Source: a virus
Lineage: Duplodnaviria; Caudoviricetes
DNA length: 56,296 nt
Virus record (IMG/VR): IMGVR_UViG_3300020438_000049
Location: 1-56,296 of that record
Strand: one strand, 5' to 3'
Within the stretch, counting starts at the first letter, position 1, and each line of letters starts with the position of its first letter. Positions 18,045-27,847 of the stretch are shown here, piece by piece. The notes under the pieces were generated by a model. The model ran no database searches. It saw nothing but the letters and a program-made list of their open reading frames with translations, and was not told the origin of the DNA. The position numbers and the translations under genes were made by a program.

Positions 18045-18427
18045 GGTGTAGAAGAAATACCTGCATAAACCAGGATATTTCCATTGACTAACTTACTAAT
18101 AGTACTCCCAGTTTTCACATTTACATCATAAACATGCCTACCTTCTGATAATGTTCTGGTATCTTCTTCAGACATTGAGATCTTTATTTTACCTCCCAAT
18201 GCACTGGTAACACCAACGGTGAATGTCCCAACAGCACCGAACGTTGCACCCACTGCGACGCTCTTTGCCATTTGAGAAGTTCCAGTATATCCAGTAAAAT
18301 CAAAAGCAGTATTACTAGTATCAACAACAGTGAATGTTGTTTCAAAACTAGAACCAGTAGTTATTACTAGATTTGCTGCTGCAGGAACACCTGCGTCAGT
18401 ATTAAAGGTTATATTCTTATTTGACAT
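18041..18427 (-). CDS. Hypothetical beta-rich virion structural protein
   Basis: 128 aa with DFTGYT..QM.K and EGRHVYDV, a beta-sandwich-like pattern; located in the late operon. Confidence 0.7.
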   Translation of the reverse strand: MSNKNITFNTDAGVPAAANLVITTGSSFETTFTVVDTSNTAFDFTGYTGTSQMAKSVAVGATFGAVGTFTVGVTSALGGKIKISMSEEDTRTLSEGRHVYDVNVKTGSTISKLVNGNILVYAGISSTP

Positions 18428-18638
18428 TGATGACTATCTCCTTTAATAGTGATTTAATTTCGTTAATTTCACTTTTTAAATCTGACAAATTCTTTTCAAT
18501 AACATCAACTCTTTCATCTTTTTCGACACCAACACTACGCCTAGCGATGTATTTGTCATACTCTAAGGTATTTGTGTTGATGATAGCATTGCTATTAGGA
18601 TCTCTAGAGAGATCCGCATGTCCTTTTACTTTAAACAT
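18417..18638 (-). CDS. Small coiled-coil hypothetical protein
   Basis: KVKGHADLSRDPNSNAIIN plus C-terminal heptads; coupled to the upstream stop. Confidence 0.75.
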   Translation of the reverse strand: MFKVKGHADLSRDPNSNAIINTNTLEYDKYIARRSVGVEKDERVDVIEKNLSDLKSEINEIKSLLKEIVINVK

Positions 18639-21600
18639 TATGCTAAAGCGATGACCCTTAGATTAGATAATCTAGGTGCATGAACTTGACTGGTAGATGT
18701 TAATACAAACTTAAGTCTGTATGATCTGAATGAAGGTAAGTTGTCAATAGTAAACGAATAAGAACTGAACTCAGATTCATCTGGAGTAAAGTTGTATTCA
18801 TTTTGACTAGGAATTAAAGTATCAGATCTACCATCACTCTTCTCTTTATCAATAATCTGACCTGAACCACTTAGGTTGTTATAACCAGGGAAAGGTGTAA
18901 AGATAGGAGTAAATCCTTCTTTTTCACTAATAGCATAGAATGCTCTTATGTCAGAGAAGTTATTAAGATAACCATCAACAATAACTTTCAAGGAAGTAGC
19001 AGAATTAGTCATTGCAACTTCTTTAGAGATATATTTAAATGCAGATGGATCACTTCCTAAAGTATTTACTCTAAAGTCATTTGCAAAATCACTAATAGCA
19101 TTATTGATTCTATTAGAAGTCGTAACTAAACTCATTCTTTGGGTATCAATAATTGGACTTACTCTACTATCAACAGTATTAAGAGTTAGTTTCATATTAA
19201 CTGATTTGTTACCCTCAACTACAGTATTCAATTTAGCATCTTCATTTATTTTGGATGCAATCAATCTAGGAGTATCTAAGTAATTTGCCTCATTCAATGT
19301 TACTGGTTCTACACCAAAGTTAACCCAAGGAGTCTCAGTACCATCAATACTCTGACCAGTAACTGTTCTAATTGTAGACTTAATAGCAGTTCCTTCAGGT
19401 GTCACGTTTTGAACCATTGGAGTAACAATTTCAAATGGTATGTTCTGTGTAGCGAATGACTCCCATCCACCAGCAGATTGATTTCTGTCAAGGTATAGAG
19501 CACGATAACCATTGTTATCACTTCTATCATCATTATCTACATTAAACTTCTCAGACATATCAAGTTTAATATGATATGAATCAAAAGTAATAGGATCTGA
19601 TTTAGTTACATCAGATAAATTATGTGTCTTGTTAATTCTATGTAAATTAACTCCACCAAGTTCATACTTATAAATTTCTGTTCCTGTTGAATAGTTCTGC
19701 TTAACTACATTAGATCCTCTAGCAATAAATCCACCTATTACATTACCAGTAACATTAGTATATTCAATAACTTCATCTCCAATTTTTGCATATCCTCTAT
19801 TAGTCGTTCCAACTCCAACTCCTTCAAAGGTTGAGAATATAGTTCCATCTTCTACTGATATACCATCTGTAGAATCAACTACATATGCTGCTGTTAATCT
19901 ACTTGGTTTAATATCAGACGTTACATTGCTGATACCTACCAAGTTATTTTGGAAGTACATTCCATGATTTCTATGATTAACTTTAACATGTAAACCATCT
20001 TCACCAATATCAAGAGCATCGATTTGAACATCTCCACCATTGAAATCATTAAATCCTGTAGTAATTCCATTACTACGTGTAACCATAACAGTATTACCTG
20101 CACCAGTTACGAAGTCTCCTTGAACACCATCAACAATTAACTGACTAGCAGCACCAATAGTAGTGATAGTTGCTCTAAAGTTTCTACCAGCTCCTTGTGT
20201 TCCTAGAGAACTAATACCAATTACATCACCTACCACATAACCATTTCCACCTAAAGCACCAGCACCATTTATTGTAACAGCAGTTACAGCACCAGAATTT
20301 ACAGTAACAACTGCTTTAGCACCCTTACCTTGTCCAGTAATAGTTTCTAGTGAAATGTTACTATAATTTAAAGCAGAACCACTAAGTGGTGTATATCCAA
20401 TACCAGCATTTGTTATCTGTAAAGCAGTAGCACTTCCTGCTGATCCAACATAGTTACCAGTTGCCTGAGATCCTTGTTGAGATATTGTATTTCCAAATTC
20501 AATAGTAGCATCTGCAGTAGTTGTACCAAGACCAACTCTTATCTGTCTAGATTTGAGTGATAATGAATCTGGTTGCAATCTTGCAATTTGATCATTTCCT
20601 TTTCCAAGAGTAGGACTGTAAATATCAACTGATCCAGACTCTACGAAATCTGCTCTGTAAAGAGTAAATTTAAGATCTTCCCATTGACTTGGTTCCCATG
20701 TAGAAGCATTTTGAGACTTAAACAGAGATCCTAGATAAGGTTGCTGTGAAACGAATGTTTTTGTAACTAGATCTTCTTCACCAACTCTAGAAATAAATAC
20801 GCTATATTTTGTAGAGTTTGATAATAAACATGCTGCATACTCTACTCCACCTTCAAGATATAATGGTGACTTGAATTGGAATGAAGTTGCAACAGATCCA
20901 TCATCAGACAGAACAACATCTTCTGGATTTAAAGATATCTCTGAGAAAGGAATAACCTTTTGTGTTGGATATCCATTGGTCGTTGACCTAATTTGTAAGG
21001 TAACGGGAACACCCATATCATCCTTACTCTTAAAGAAGCAATCAAATCTGGTTAAGTAAATACCAGTTTCATCTTCAACTATGAAAGATTCTGCAAGAGG
21101 ATCACTATTATTATTCCATGCAAGAGTTCTTTCTGTTGTATTACTACCGATAGCACGAGTACCTACTACTTGAGCAGTACCAATTGCTGTCCTAGTTACT
21201 CTATCTTCTTGCTGTCTTCTATGCTCTATTCTTGCATTTCTAACAGAAATAATAGTTTCCTGAACAGTATTAACAAATCCTCTAGCAATATAATCTTCTT
21301 CACCTCTTGTATCTGCACCTTTAGCTGAGTTACTTGGATTGTCTATTAGACTAAAGACCTTAGTTCCAACCTCAAATTTTGGATGATTTGTTTCACTTGG
21401 ATTTGGAATAAAGTAACTTCCTTGTAGAATACCATGTCTATCAGGAATCAATCTAACATTAGTAATTGTTGCTTGTGCTCCACTGCTTTGACCACGAAGA
21501 ACCATTCCACTTTCTATCCAACCAGAGTAATCTCCTTGTGGTTCATTTGATAATGAATATAAGTCAATATTGAGTATAGTCGATGCTCCAGTATATGAAG

Positions 21601-24600
21601 AGGATAAAGTACCATCATTATATGGATTTGTTCCATATACTTCAGTAGGAGAACTGAATACACCTTCTCTATGATTTGCTGAAGCAACTCTGAAAGATAT
21701 TGATGGAGTAGTTGTACTTGGCCAAGTTCCTGAAGATCCTGATCTAAGTGATTCTCCAATAACATTTTCACCAACTTGGAATACCCCAGATGACATACTA
21801 ATTTCTAGTAGTTTAGGGAATACATATCTATTAACATCCTGACCATCGAAGAATGCATACAACCTCTTCTTAGGTTTAAATCTCTTACCATCAACAGTAA
21901 TATTTCTAGATCTTACTGCTGGTGAAAGTTCTCTACTTATCAGTCTTGTACCTTGTGAAGTATTGTTTATATCTTCAACAACAAGAGTTCTTACTCCACT
22001 TCTAGAAGAATCTGTGCGACTTATTTGCTGATTTAGTGTTTCTTCATTTACTGTTCTTCTTGTTCTTTGAACTAATCTACGTCCTTGCCATTGAGTAGTA
22101 ACTCCTTCTACTCCTCCAGTTACTCTACGAGTGCTAACATCAGTTTCGGTTCCTGTCCATGTTGTCTGCCAAGAATTCCATACAGTAGGTGCAAATCCAG
22201 ATTGAGGATCTACATTAAACCTCCTTTGAGCATTTGCCATAGTAGAAGCAAAGTTACCCTGTCTGTTAATAATTCTTGGTTCAATATTGACTGTATCAAC
22301 CCATGTATCTCCAGCAGGTGTTAATTCAATACTTCCTTGCCAGAAAGGTACTAAGAAAGGAGTAACACTTTCAGTTCTTGTTCCGAAAGATTGTTTCAAC
22401 CACTCAACTTCAGAATATCCTAAAGTTAAAGCATCACCAGTTTTCTTAACGTTAATACCACCAGCTTCTGCAAACGCTAGATCTTCATTAGGATCAACAT
22501 TGGTCACAGGACCAAATATCATATCAACTGAAGCGGTAAAGTGCTTTGGTCTTAATTGCTTATTTGCTCTATCAATACTATTTTGGAATTCAATATTATC
22601 TTCTTGAGAATCGAATGAATTGAAATTGTCAACAAAGAAACCTGCCTTATACCTATTAGCACCATCTCTATCAGCAATAAACATATTATTGGTATTAGAT
22701 TCCAATAATGAAAGTGCTGTATAGTATTCTAGATTGTTAATTCTATTTTCTAATTTCCTTATATCAGAATTCTTATATCCTTTATGTGTTAAGAAGTTAA
22801 TTTTTACTTCTGATACATCATAAACATATGGAGGAAGAGTTGCTTGACATACTTCTAAAGAATCATCAACTCTGTTAGGAAAATCTGGTAGATCAGCAGG
22901 TTCTCCATAATTTATTTGGAATGTACCATCTTTATTCAAGAATATTCTATCAATTCTACCAAGATAATATGAGAATGATACTAGAAGTTGTTCATTAGAT
23001 GCTAGAATATTTGGAGCAGTATTACCTGTTTGTGCAAATGTTCTACCATAAAATTCTAAAGGAGATCTAGTAGCAGCAGAAGTTACTGTATAATTATCAA
23101 CTCTTGGTCTGATATCAATAATATCAGTGTTTCTATGACCGTCTATTGACTTAATTTCTTTAGAGAAGTTAAAGTTCTTATAAGAATCTACTGTAGTAAT
23201 ATCTCCAGTATCAGTGGAATTAAATGATGCTGTAGAGAAATATATTTTTATTTTTCTATCAGGTGCTTCATTTTCATCTTTTCTAGTTATAAATCCATAA
23301 TCATAGAAAGTGGATTGTTGACCACTATTGTAAGTATAATTATCAGAAATATCAAAACTTGGATTTTCTAGTTTTTGAATAGATGAGTATATGTTTGACT
23401 CACTAGTTAATATTCTTTCACCTTCTTTAAATATTTCATCATTCCTATAAAGTAAGCAAATTTTTGAATCATCAACTATCTCAGCAACAATAGCAACTGC
23501 ACCACTTGATTCTCCAGTAAAGATTTCTCCTAATAAGAAATCAGCAGTTGTAGTTGATGGGCTAGCAATATTAGTTAGAGTTAACTTAGGAGCAGATGGA
23601 TCAGTTGTATCTGAAGATTCAAATACACCATATAGATTGATAATATCTGGATTATTAAGAGATATTAGATCATCCTGAACTCTTGTTCCATATGGATAAG
23701 TACCAAATGTTAATCCATCATTGGCAGTAGTTGCACCTATACCAGATTCAGCATTAGAAGACTTATCTACAACAATACTATTAACAGCATTTCTTATTTT
23801 TAATTTTGATTTTGGATTTTTCTTTTGTAATGTAGCAATTACTTGCTTTTCAGTACCATCTTCACTTGGATTAAATCCTTTAAACTTAAGAGCACTTCTA
23901 CCATTATTGTCAGTATAAATCTCTATGTTATCTTCATTCAATTCATACTGTTGACCTGTACTACTAAAGTAACTATATCTTTCTGATTTAAATGGTAAGA
24001 AGAACTCACCCTCTGCACCTGTTGGGATAGTAGAAGAAGCAGTTTCTCCATTTGTCTGAGTAATATCAAATTTCTTACGTATAGTAATATATGCATCAGT
24101 AAGATCAATATCAGATATATGTTTTTTAGGTAATACGGTATAAAGACTATTATCAGCAGAATCTGTTAATGTAGAATTTATCTTTGCAAAATCTTGAGAA
24201 ACTACATCAGTTGTAGGTAAAGCACCAGCAACACCAGGGTTAACTGTTACATTCTTAATGAGTAAATCATTTGTTGAAATAGCACCAGTAGCATTTGTGG
24301 CAAAATTAACAGAAGTAACAACACCAACTACTGGAGTATCTTGCTTATCTGGATTAGTAAATTGAACCAAATCTCCAGATTTAAAGAAATCATTAACTGG
24401 GAATTTTACAGGTAATGAAACTGTAGATAATCCAGTATGAATCTGTTCACTTCCTACTGTCTTAGGATCAGCATCCCAGAAGAATGATTTAGTAATACTA
24501 GCAATACCAACATTCAATACAGGTCTTTGTACTATATCCGCACTAAAAGTACTAAAACCAGTAGAAGAACCTCCTGTTACAAATAATCCTTTAACATCTG

Positions 24601-26254
24601 ATACTCCATATGCAGTGATTCCTGTAGATATTCTACCGTTTGGTATTCCATTGAATATTAAAGATTCACTTGGTATAAAAGTACCTTCTGTTTCATAAAG
24701 ATTAAGAGTAGATCCATCAGTAACACTATCTTTCAAAAATCCTGTTGCACCACTATTAGAACCTTTAACATAGGTTGGAGTGGAAAGTGTAACTGCTTGG
24801 TTAACACTTAATTCAGTTACTGTTTGTATATCATAGAGACTAACATCCCACTGAGATACACCAGAATAAGTTCCAGATACATACCCAGACTTTAGTTTAA
24901 AATCATATACTCTAGCAACACCAATTTCTTTACCATAGTTATATGTTGGATCTGCTCCTACAACAAAAGTTCTATCATCTCTTAAACTTACAGTATAAGT
25001 ATTACCTAATCCAATTGCAGGTGTTCCATGTACGTTATTTAAAGTAAAGGTTGTTCCTGTATTATACTCAATAGGTTCATCCTTAATTTCTTTTGTAGTA
25101 CGTGTTTTAGGAGCATCTAAGAAAACACTTTCTGGTATCTCAACATCATATCCACGGACATATGCCTTACCAGGAGACATCTTGTAGACTATCTTATCAT
25201 CTGCAGCAGGTTGTCCACCATATGTAAACTCACCCTCTTTAAATATTCCATTGTTACCTAATCCATCATCTAGAGATTCTGCAACAACACTATCAAAATC
25301 CTTTACAGTAAAATCTCCATCAGTATCAAATATCTTTTCTGCTACAGTATCATCAAAAGCAGTTGCTCCAGATGAACCTGTTTTTGTTTTACTTCTAAGG
25401 TCACCATTTTTTACAGTTCCTAATTCTATGAAATTATTATCATCAAAATCATCTAATGACTTTTTAAATAGACTTGCAGTTATCTTTAATCTATCAGCAC
25501 CAGGTGCACCATAGTTATTATATCCTTGTGAATTATCATTCAGCGATTCATCTAAATCTGCATTGACAATTTCTTCTACTATGTTTAGACCAATTCTATA
25601 ATTAGGTGTATTTGAATACTGATCTAAAATTAAAGTCTCTTTATCTACAGTTATAAATTGCCCTCTAATAAAATAAACACCTTCATTTATCATGAAAGAT
25701 GATCCAGTAGCTGCATTATTACTGGATAGAGTTAATCCAAAAGAAGTTCCTGAAGTAATAGTAGTATTACCTAATAATCCAGATACTAATGTAGTGTTGC
25801 AGAATAACTCTTCTCCATCATTAAATTGTTGAGTAGAATTATTAGTGGTATTAGCACCGATATAATTCACATATAAGGTTAAAGTATTTTCTTCAGAATC
25901 TGCAGGAAGCAATACCTTATCAACCGCAGCACTAACACCAGATACAAGTCCTGTAACTTGTGTTCCTACTAATTGCTCTGCAAATGCAGAAACAGGTACT
26001 CCTTGATAAGTATTATTTAATTTTACAGCGTAATAGGATCTACTATAAGAAATATTTCCAGGTATTACTTTCTGACCTTCTTTAAAGAAGTGTTGACCAA
26101 ACTTCTCAACTTGGTTTTGAAGTATAGATTGTAGCGTTGTTAATTCTCTCGCCTGTACTGGATACCCAGGTTTAAATAAAACCTTATGGTAATCATTAGA
26201 CGAATCAAAGTCATCAAAATATGGTGCTACATTTAAGTTAGTTTGCTGTGGCAT
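18638..26254 (-). CDS. Large virion structural protein (VrlC-like / DUF4815-like)
   Basis: PYFDDFD..KVLFKPGYPVQARELTTLQSILQNQ, GFFVDNF, DPLAESF, LFKSQNASTW..SQWEDLKF. Confidence 0.85.
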   Translation of the reverse strand: MPQQTNLNVAPYFDDFDSSNDYHKVLFKPGYPVQARELTTLQSILQNQVEKFGQHFFKEGQKVIPGNISYSRSYYAVKLNNTYQGVPVSAFAEQLVGTQVTGLVSGVSAAVDKVLLPADSEENTLTLYVNYIGANTTNNSTQQFNDGEELFCNTTLVSGLLGNTTITSGTSFGLTLSSNNAATGSSFMINEGVYFIRGQFITVDKETLILDQYSNTPNYRIGLNIVEEIVNADLDESLNDNSQGYNNYGAPGADRLKITASLFKKSLDDFDDNNFIELGTVKNGDLRSKTKTGSSGATAFDDTVAEKIFDTDGDFTVKDFDSVVAESLDDGLGNNGIFKEGEFTYGGQPAADDKIVYKMSPGKAYVRGYDVEIPESVFLDAPKTRTTKEIKDEPIEYNTGTTFTLNNVHGTPAIGLGNTYTVSLRDDRTFVVGADPTYNYGKEIGVARVYDFKLKSGYVSGTYSGVSQWDVSLYDIQTVTELSVNQAVTLSTPTYVKGSNSGATGFLKDSVTDGSTLNLYETEGTFIPSESLIFNGIPNGRISTGITAYGVSDVKGLFVTGGSSTGFSTFSADIVQRPVLNVGIASITKSFFWDADPKTVGSEQIHTGLSTVSLPVKFPVNDFFKSGDLVQFTNPDKQDTPVVGVVTSVNFATNATGAISTNDLLIKNVTVNPGVAGALPTTDVVSQDFAKINSTLTDSADNSLYTVLPKKHISDIDLTDAYITIRKKFDITQTNGETASSTIPTGAEGEFFLPFKSERYSYFSSTGQQYELNEDNIEIYTDNNGRSALKFKGFNPSEDGTEKQVIATLQKKNPKSKLKIRNAVNSIVVDKSSNAESGIGATTANDGLTFGTYPYGTRVQDDLISLNNPDIINLYGVFESSDTTDPSAPKLTLTNIASPSTTTADFLLGEIFTGESSGAVAIVAEIVDDSKICLLYRNDEIFKEGERILTSESNIYSSIQKLENPSFDISDNYTYNSGQQSTFYDYGFITRKDENEAPDRKIKIYFSTASFNSTDTGDITTVDSYKNFNFSKEIKSIDGHRNTDIIDIRPRVDNYTVTSAATRSPLEFYGRTFAQTGNTAPNILASNEQLLVSFSYYLGRIDRIFLNKDGTFQINYGEPADLPDFPNRVDDSLEVCQATLPPYVYDVSEVKINFLTHKGYKNSDIRKLENRINNLEYYTALSLLESNTNNMFIADRDGANRYKAGFFVDNFNSFDSQEDNIEFQNSIDRANKQLRPKHFTASVDMIFGPVTNVDPNEDLAFAEAGGINVKKTGDALTLGYSEVEWLKQSFGTRTESVTPFLVPFWQGSIELTPAGDTWVDTVNIEPRIINRQGNFASTMANAQRRFNVDPQSGFAPTVWNSWQTTWTGTETDVSTRRVTGGVEGVTTQWQGRRLVQRTRRTVNEETLNQQISRTDSSRSGVRTLVVEDINNTSQGTRLISRELSPAVRSRNITVDGKRFKPKKRLYAFFDGQDVNRYVFPKLLEISMSSGVFQVGENVIGESLRSGSSGTWPSTTTPSISFRVASANHREGVFSSPTEVYGTNPYNDGTLSSSYTGASTILNIDLYSLSNEPQGDYSGWIESGMVLRGQSSGAQATITNVRLIPDRHGILQGSYFIPNPSETNHPKFEVGTKVFSLIDNPSNSAKGADTRGEEDYIARGFVNTVQETIISVRNARIEHRRQQEDRVTRTAIGTAQVVGTRAIGSNTTERTLAWNNNSDPLAESFIVEDETGIYLTRFDCFFKSKDDMGVPVTLQIRSTTNGYPTQKVIPFSEISLNPEDVVLSDDGSVATSFQFKSPLYLEGGVEYAACLLSNSTKYSVFISRVGEEDLVTKTFVSQQPYLGSLFKSQNASTWEPSQWEDLKFTLYRADFVESGSVDIYSPTLGKGNDQIARLQPDSLSLKSRQIRVGLGTTTADATIEFGNTISQQGSQATGNYVGSAGSATALQITNAGIGYTPLSGSALNYSNISLETITGQGKGAKAVVTVNSGAVTAVTINGAGALGGNGYVVGDVIGISSLGTQGAGRNFRATITTIGAASQLIVDGVQGDFVTGAGNTVMVTRSNGITTGFNDFNGGDVQIDALDIGEDGLHVKVNHRNHGMYFQNNLVGISNVTSDIKPSRLTAAYVVDSTDGISVEDGTIFSTFEGVGVGTTNRGYAKIGDEVIEYTNVTGNVIGGFIARGSNVVKQNYSTGTEIYKYELGGVNLHRINKTHNLSDVTKSDPITFDSYHIKLDMSEKFNVDNDDRSDNNGYRALYLDRNQSAGGWESFATQNIPFEIVTPMVQNVTPEGTAIKSTIRTVTGQSIDGTETPWVNFGVEPVTLNEANYLDTPRLIASKINEDAKLNTVVEGNKSVNMKLTLNTVDSRVSPIIDTQRMSLVTTSNRINNAISDFANDFRVNTLGSDPSAFKYISKEVAMTNSATSLKVIVDGYLNNFSDIRAFYAISEKEGFTPIFTPFPGYNNLSGSGQIIDKEKSDGRSDTLIPSQNEYNFTPDESEFSSYSFTIDNLPSFRSYRLKFVLTSTSQVHAPRLSNLRVIALA

Positions 26255-26270
26255 AATACTTTATAATCCT

Positions 26271-27818
26271 TTAGAATTGCAAGATGACTTTAATATCTTC
26301 TTTTTGGTTTACAGATCTGTTTACAGATGGTCTGTTGTCAACGTAAATAATGTTTCCTGAATATCTTTTAACTTCAGGGGCAGAAATACCGTCGGTAAAA
26401 TCTTGACCAAGATTATATGTCCTATTATTTATAGAGGTGCTGAAACCGCTAAAGGAGGAGTCTATCTGTAAATTTGATCCAGTTGATGGAGTTATTACCA
26501 GAGTACCACCAGTAGAAGGACTGCTAGTAAATTCTAGTTGTTCATAACCATATGGTGCATCTGTTACAGCAGAACCAACTGTATTAAATCCAACCCTATC
26601 CTGCCAATACTTTAACACTCCTGTTGTTTGATCGTAATTAACTACTCTACCAGCAGCAGTAAGACCTGTACCTATTGTTTGAATAAAGGTGGCATCTGGA
26701 GTGAATGTAGCAGAACTATATCCAATACCAGTCAATCTAATTGCATTCAATGCACTTGCTTTATCTAATGTTAAAGGGAGTGTGCTGTTAGGTGCAAGAG
26801 GATTCTCTACTACACCAATTCTAGCAAACTGGTTATTAGTAATGAAATCAGGGTTTTCTGTATCATTCTCTAGTCTTGAATACATTAAAATATTAAATGC
26901 ACCAAGTTCACGATATATATCTGCACCATGACCACCTGATGGTGGAATAATAACATTAAATTCTGCAGGAGTAGTCGCAATAGGAACTCCACCTGCTGCT
27001 AAATCTAATGTACCGTAAGTATATCCAGAACCTTGACTAGATATCGTAACAGAATCTATTTTTAAATCATTATTGACAACAACTGTTGCTTCTGCACCAT
27101 TTCCATCACCATTGATAGGAACTCTTGTATATGATGTTGATATTGCTCCAACATTAACACCAGCATTTTGAACAGTAACTATCTTAACAGAACCGTCAAT
27201 TGCATTGTCTCTAACAGGAGCATTATCTGCAGAAGTACTCCATTCCTGTGGAACTGGAATAAAATCAGAAGTTTCAAATTTTATAATTTCATTCGGTTTA
27301 ATAGTAAAAAGATATTTCCAAATATATCCATCATTACTAGTTCCTGCGGATCTTGGTTCTAAATCAGTAAATGTTGGTTGATCTAATGAAATTTGTCCAT
27401 TTGGATAGTCTGGACTTGTGCCATTTTGTAGACACATATAGACTCGGTAATCATCATTTATAACATAATATGATGCATTATATAAATTAGTTGCCTTAGA
27501 TATTGCCGATGTATTTGACCTACTATAGTCATGACGATACATGTCATATTTTGTACCAGACTTCCAAATTCTTTTGGTTACAACCTGTCTAATATCTGCA
27601 TTGTTAATTTTCTTCATTGCAATCATAGTGTCATAATATGACCTCTCTTGATCGAATGAATCTTTTGGAGTAGGTGGATCAGTGTCCCAATTATTCTGAA
27701 CATCAGACGGATTAGGTAGACCTATAAAAGAATAGTAAGAATTTTCGCTACTAGCTACACCAGCAACAAAATTCTTTGCGTTTAATATTCTAATCTGATC
27801 GGTTATAATTGCAGACAT
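26271..27818 (-). CDS. gp8: Baseplate wedge subunit gp8
   Basis: YRVYMCLQN, DGYIWKYLFTI, GHGAD, YVDNR...QKEDIKVILQF. Confidence 0.93.
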   Translation of the reverse strand: MSAIITDQIRILNAKNFVAGVASSENSYYSFIGLPNPSDVQNNWDTDPPTPKDSFDQERSYYDTMIAMKKINNADIRQVVTKRIWKSGTKYDMYRHDYSRSNTSAISKATNLYNASYYVINDDYRVYMCLQNGTSPDYPNGQISLDQPTFTDLEPRSAGTSNDGYIWKYLFTIKPNEIIKFETSDFIPVPQEWSTSADNAPVRDNAIDGSVKIVTVQNAGVNVGAISTSYTRVPINGDGNGAEATVVVNNDLKIDSVTISSQGSGYTYGTLDLAAGGVPIATTPAEFNVIIPPSGGHGADIYRELGAFNILMYSRLENDTENPDFITNNQFARIGVVENPLAPNSTLPLTLDKASALNAIRLTGIGYSSATFTPDATFIQTIGTGLTAAGRVVNYDQTTGVLKYWQDRVGFNTVGSAVTDAPYGYEQLEFTSSPSTGGTLVITPSTGSNLQIDSSFSGFSTSINNRTYNLGQDFTDGISAPEVKRYSGNIIYVDNRPSVNRSVNQKEDIKVILQF

Positions 27819-27832
27819 TTTGACCGAGTTTT

Positions 27833-27847
27833 TATTTATTTATTTAG
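27833..27847 (-). promoter_or_regulatory. Tandem late promoter motifs (C/A)TAAATA for gp8
   Basis: TATTTATTTATTTAG on plus strand; overlaps the stop of the upstream gene. Confidence 0.7.
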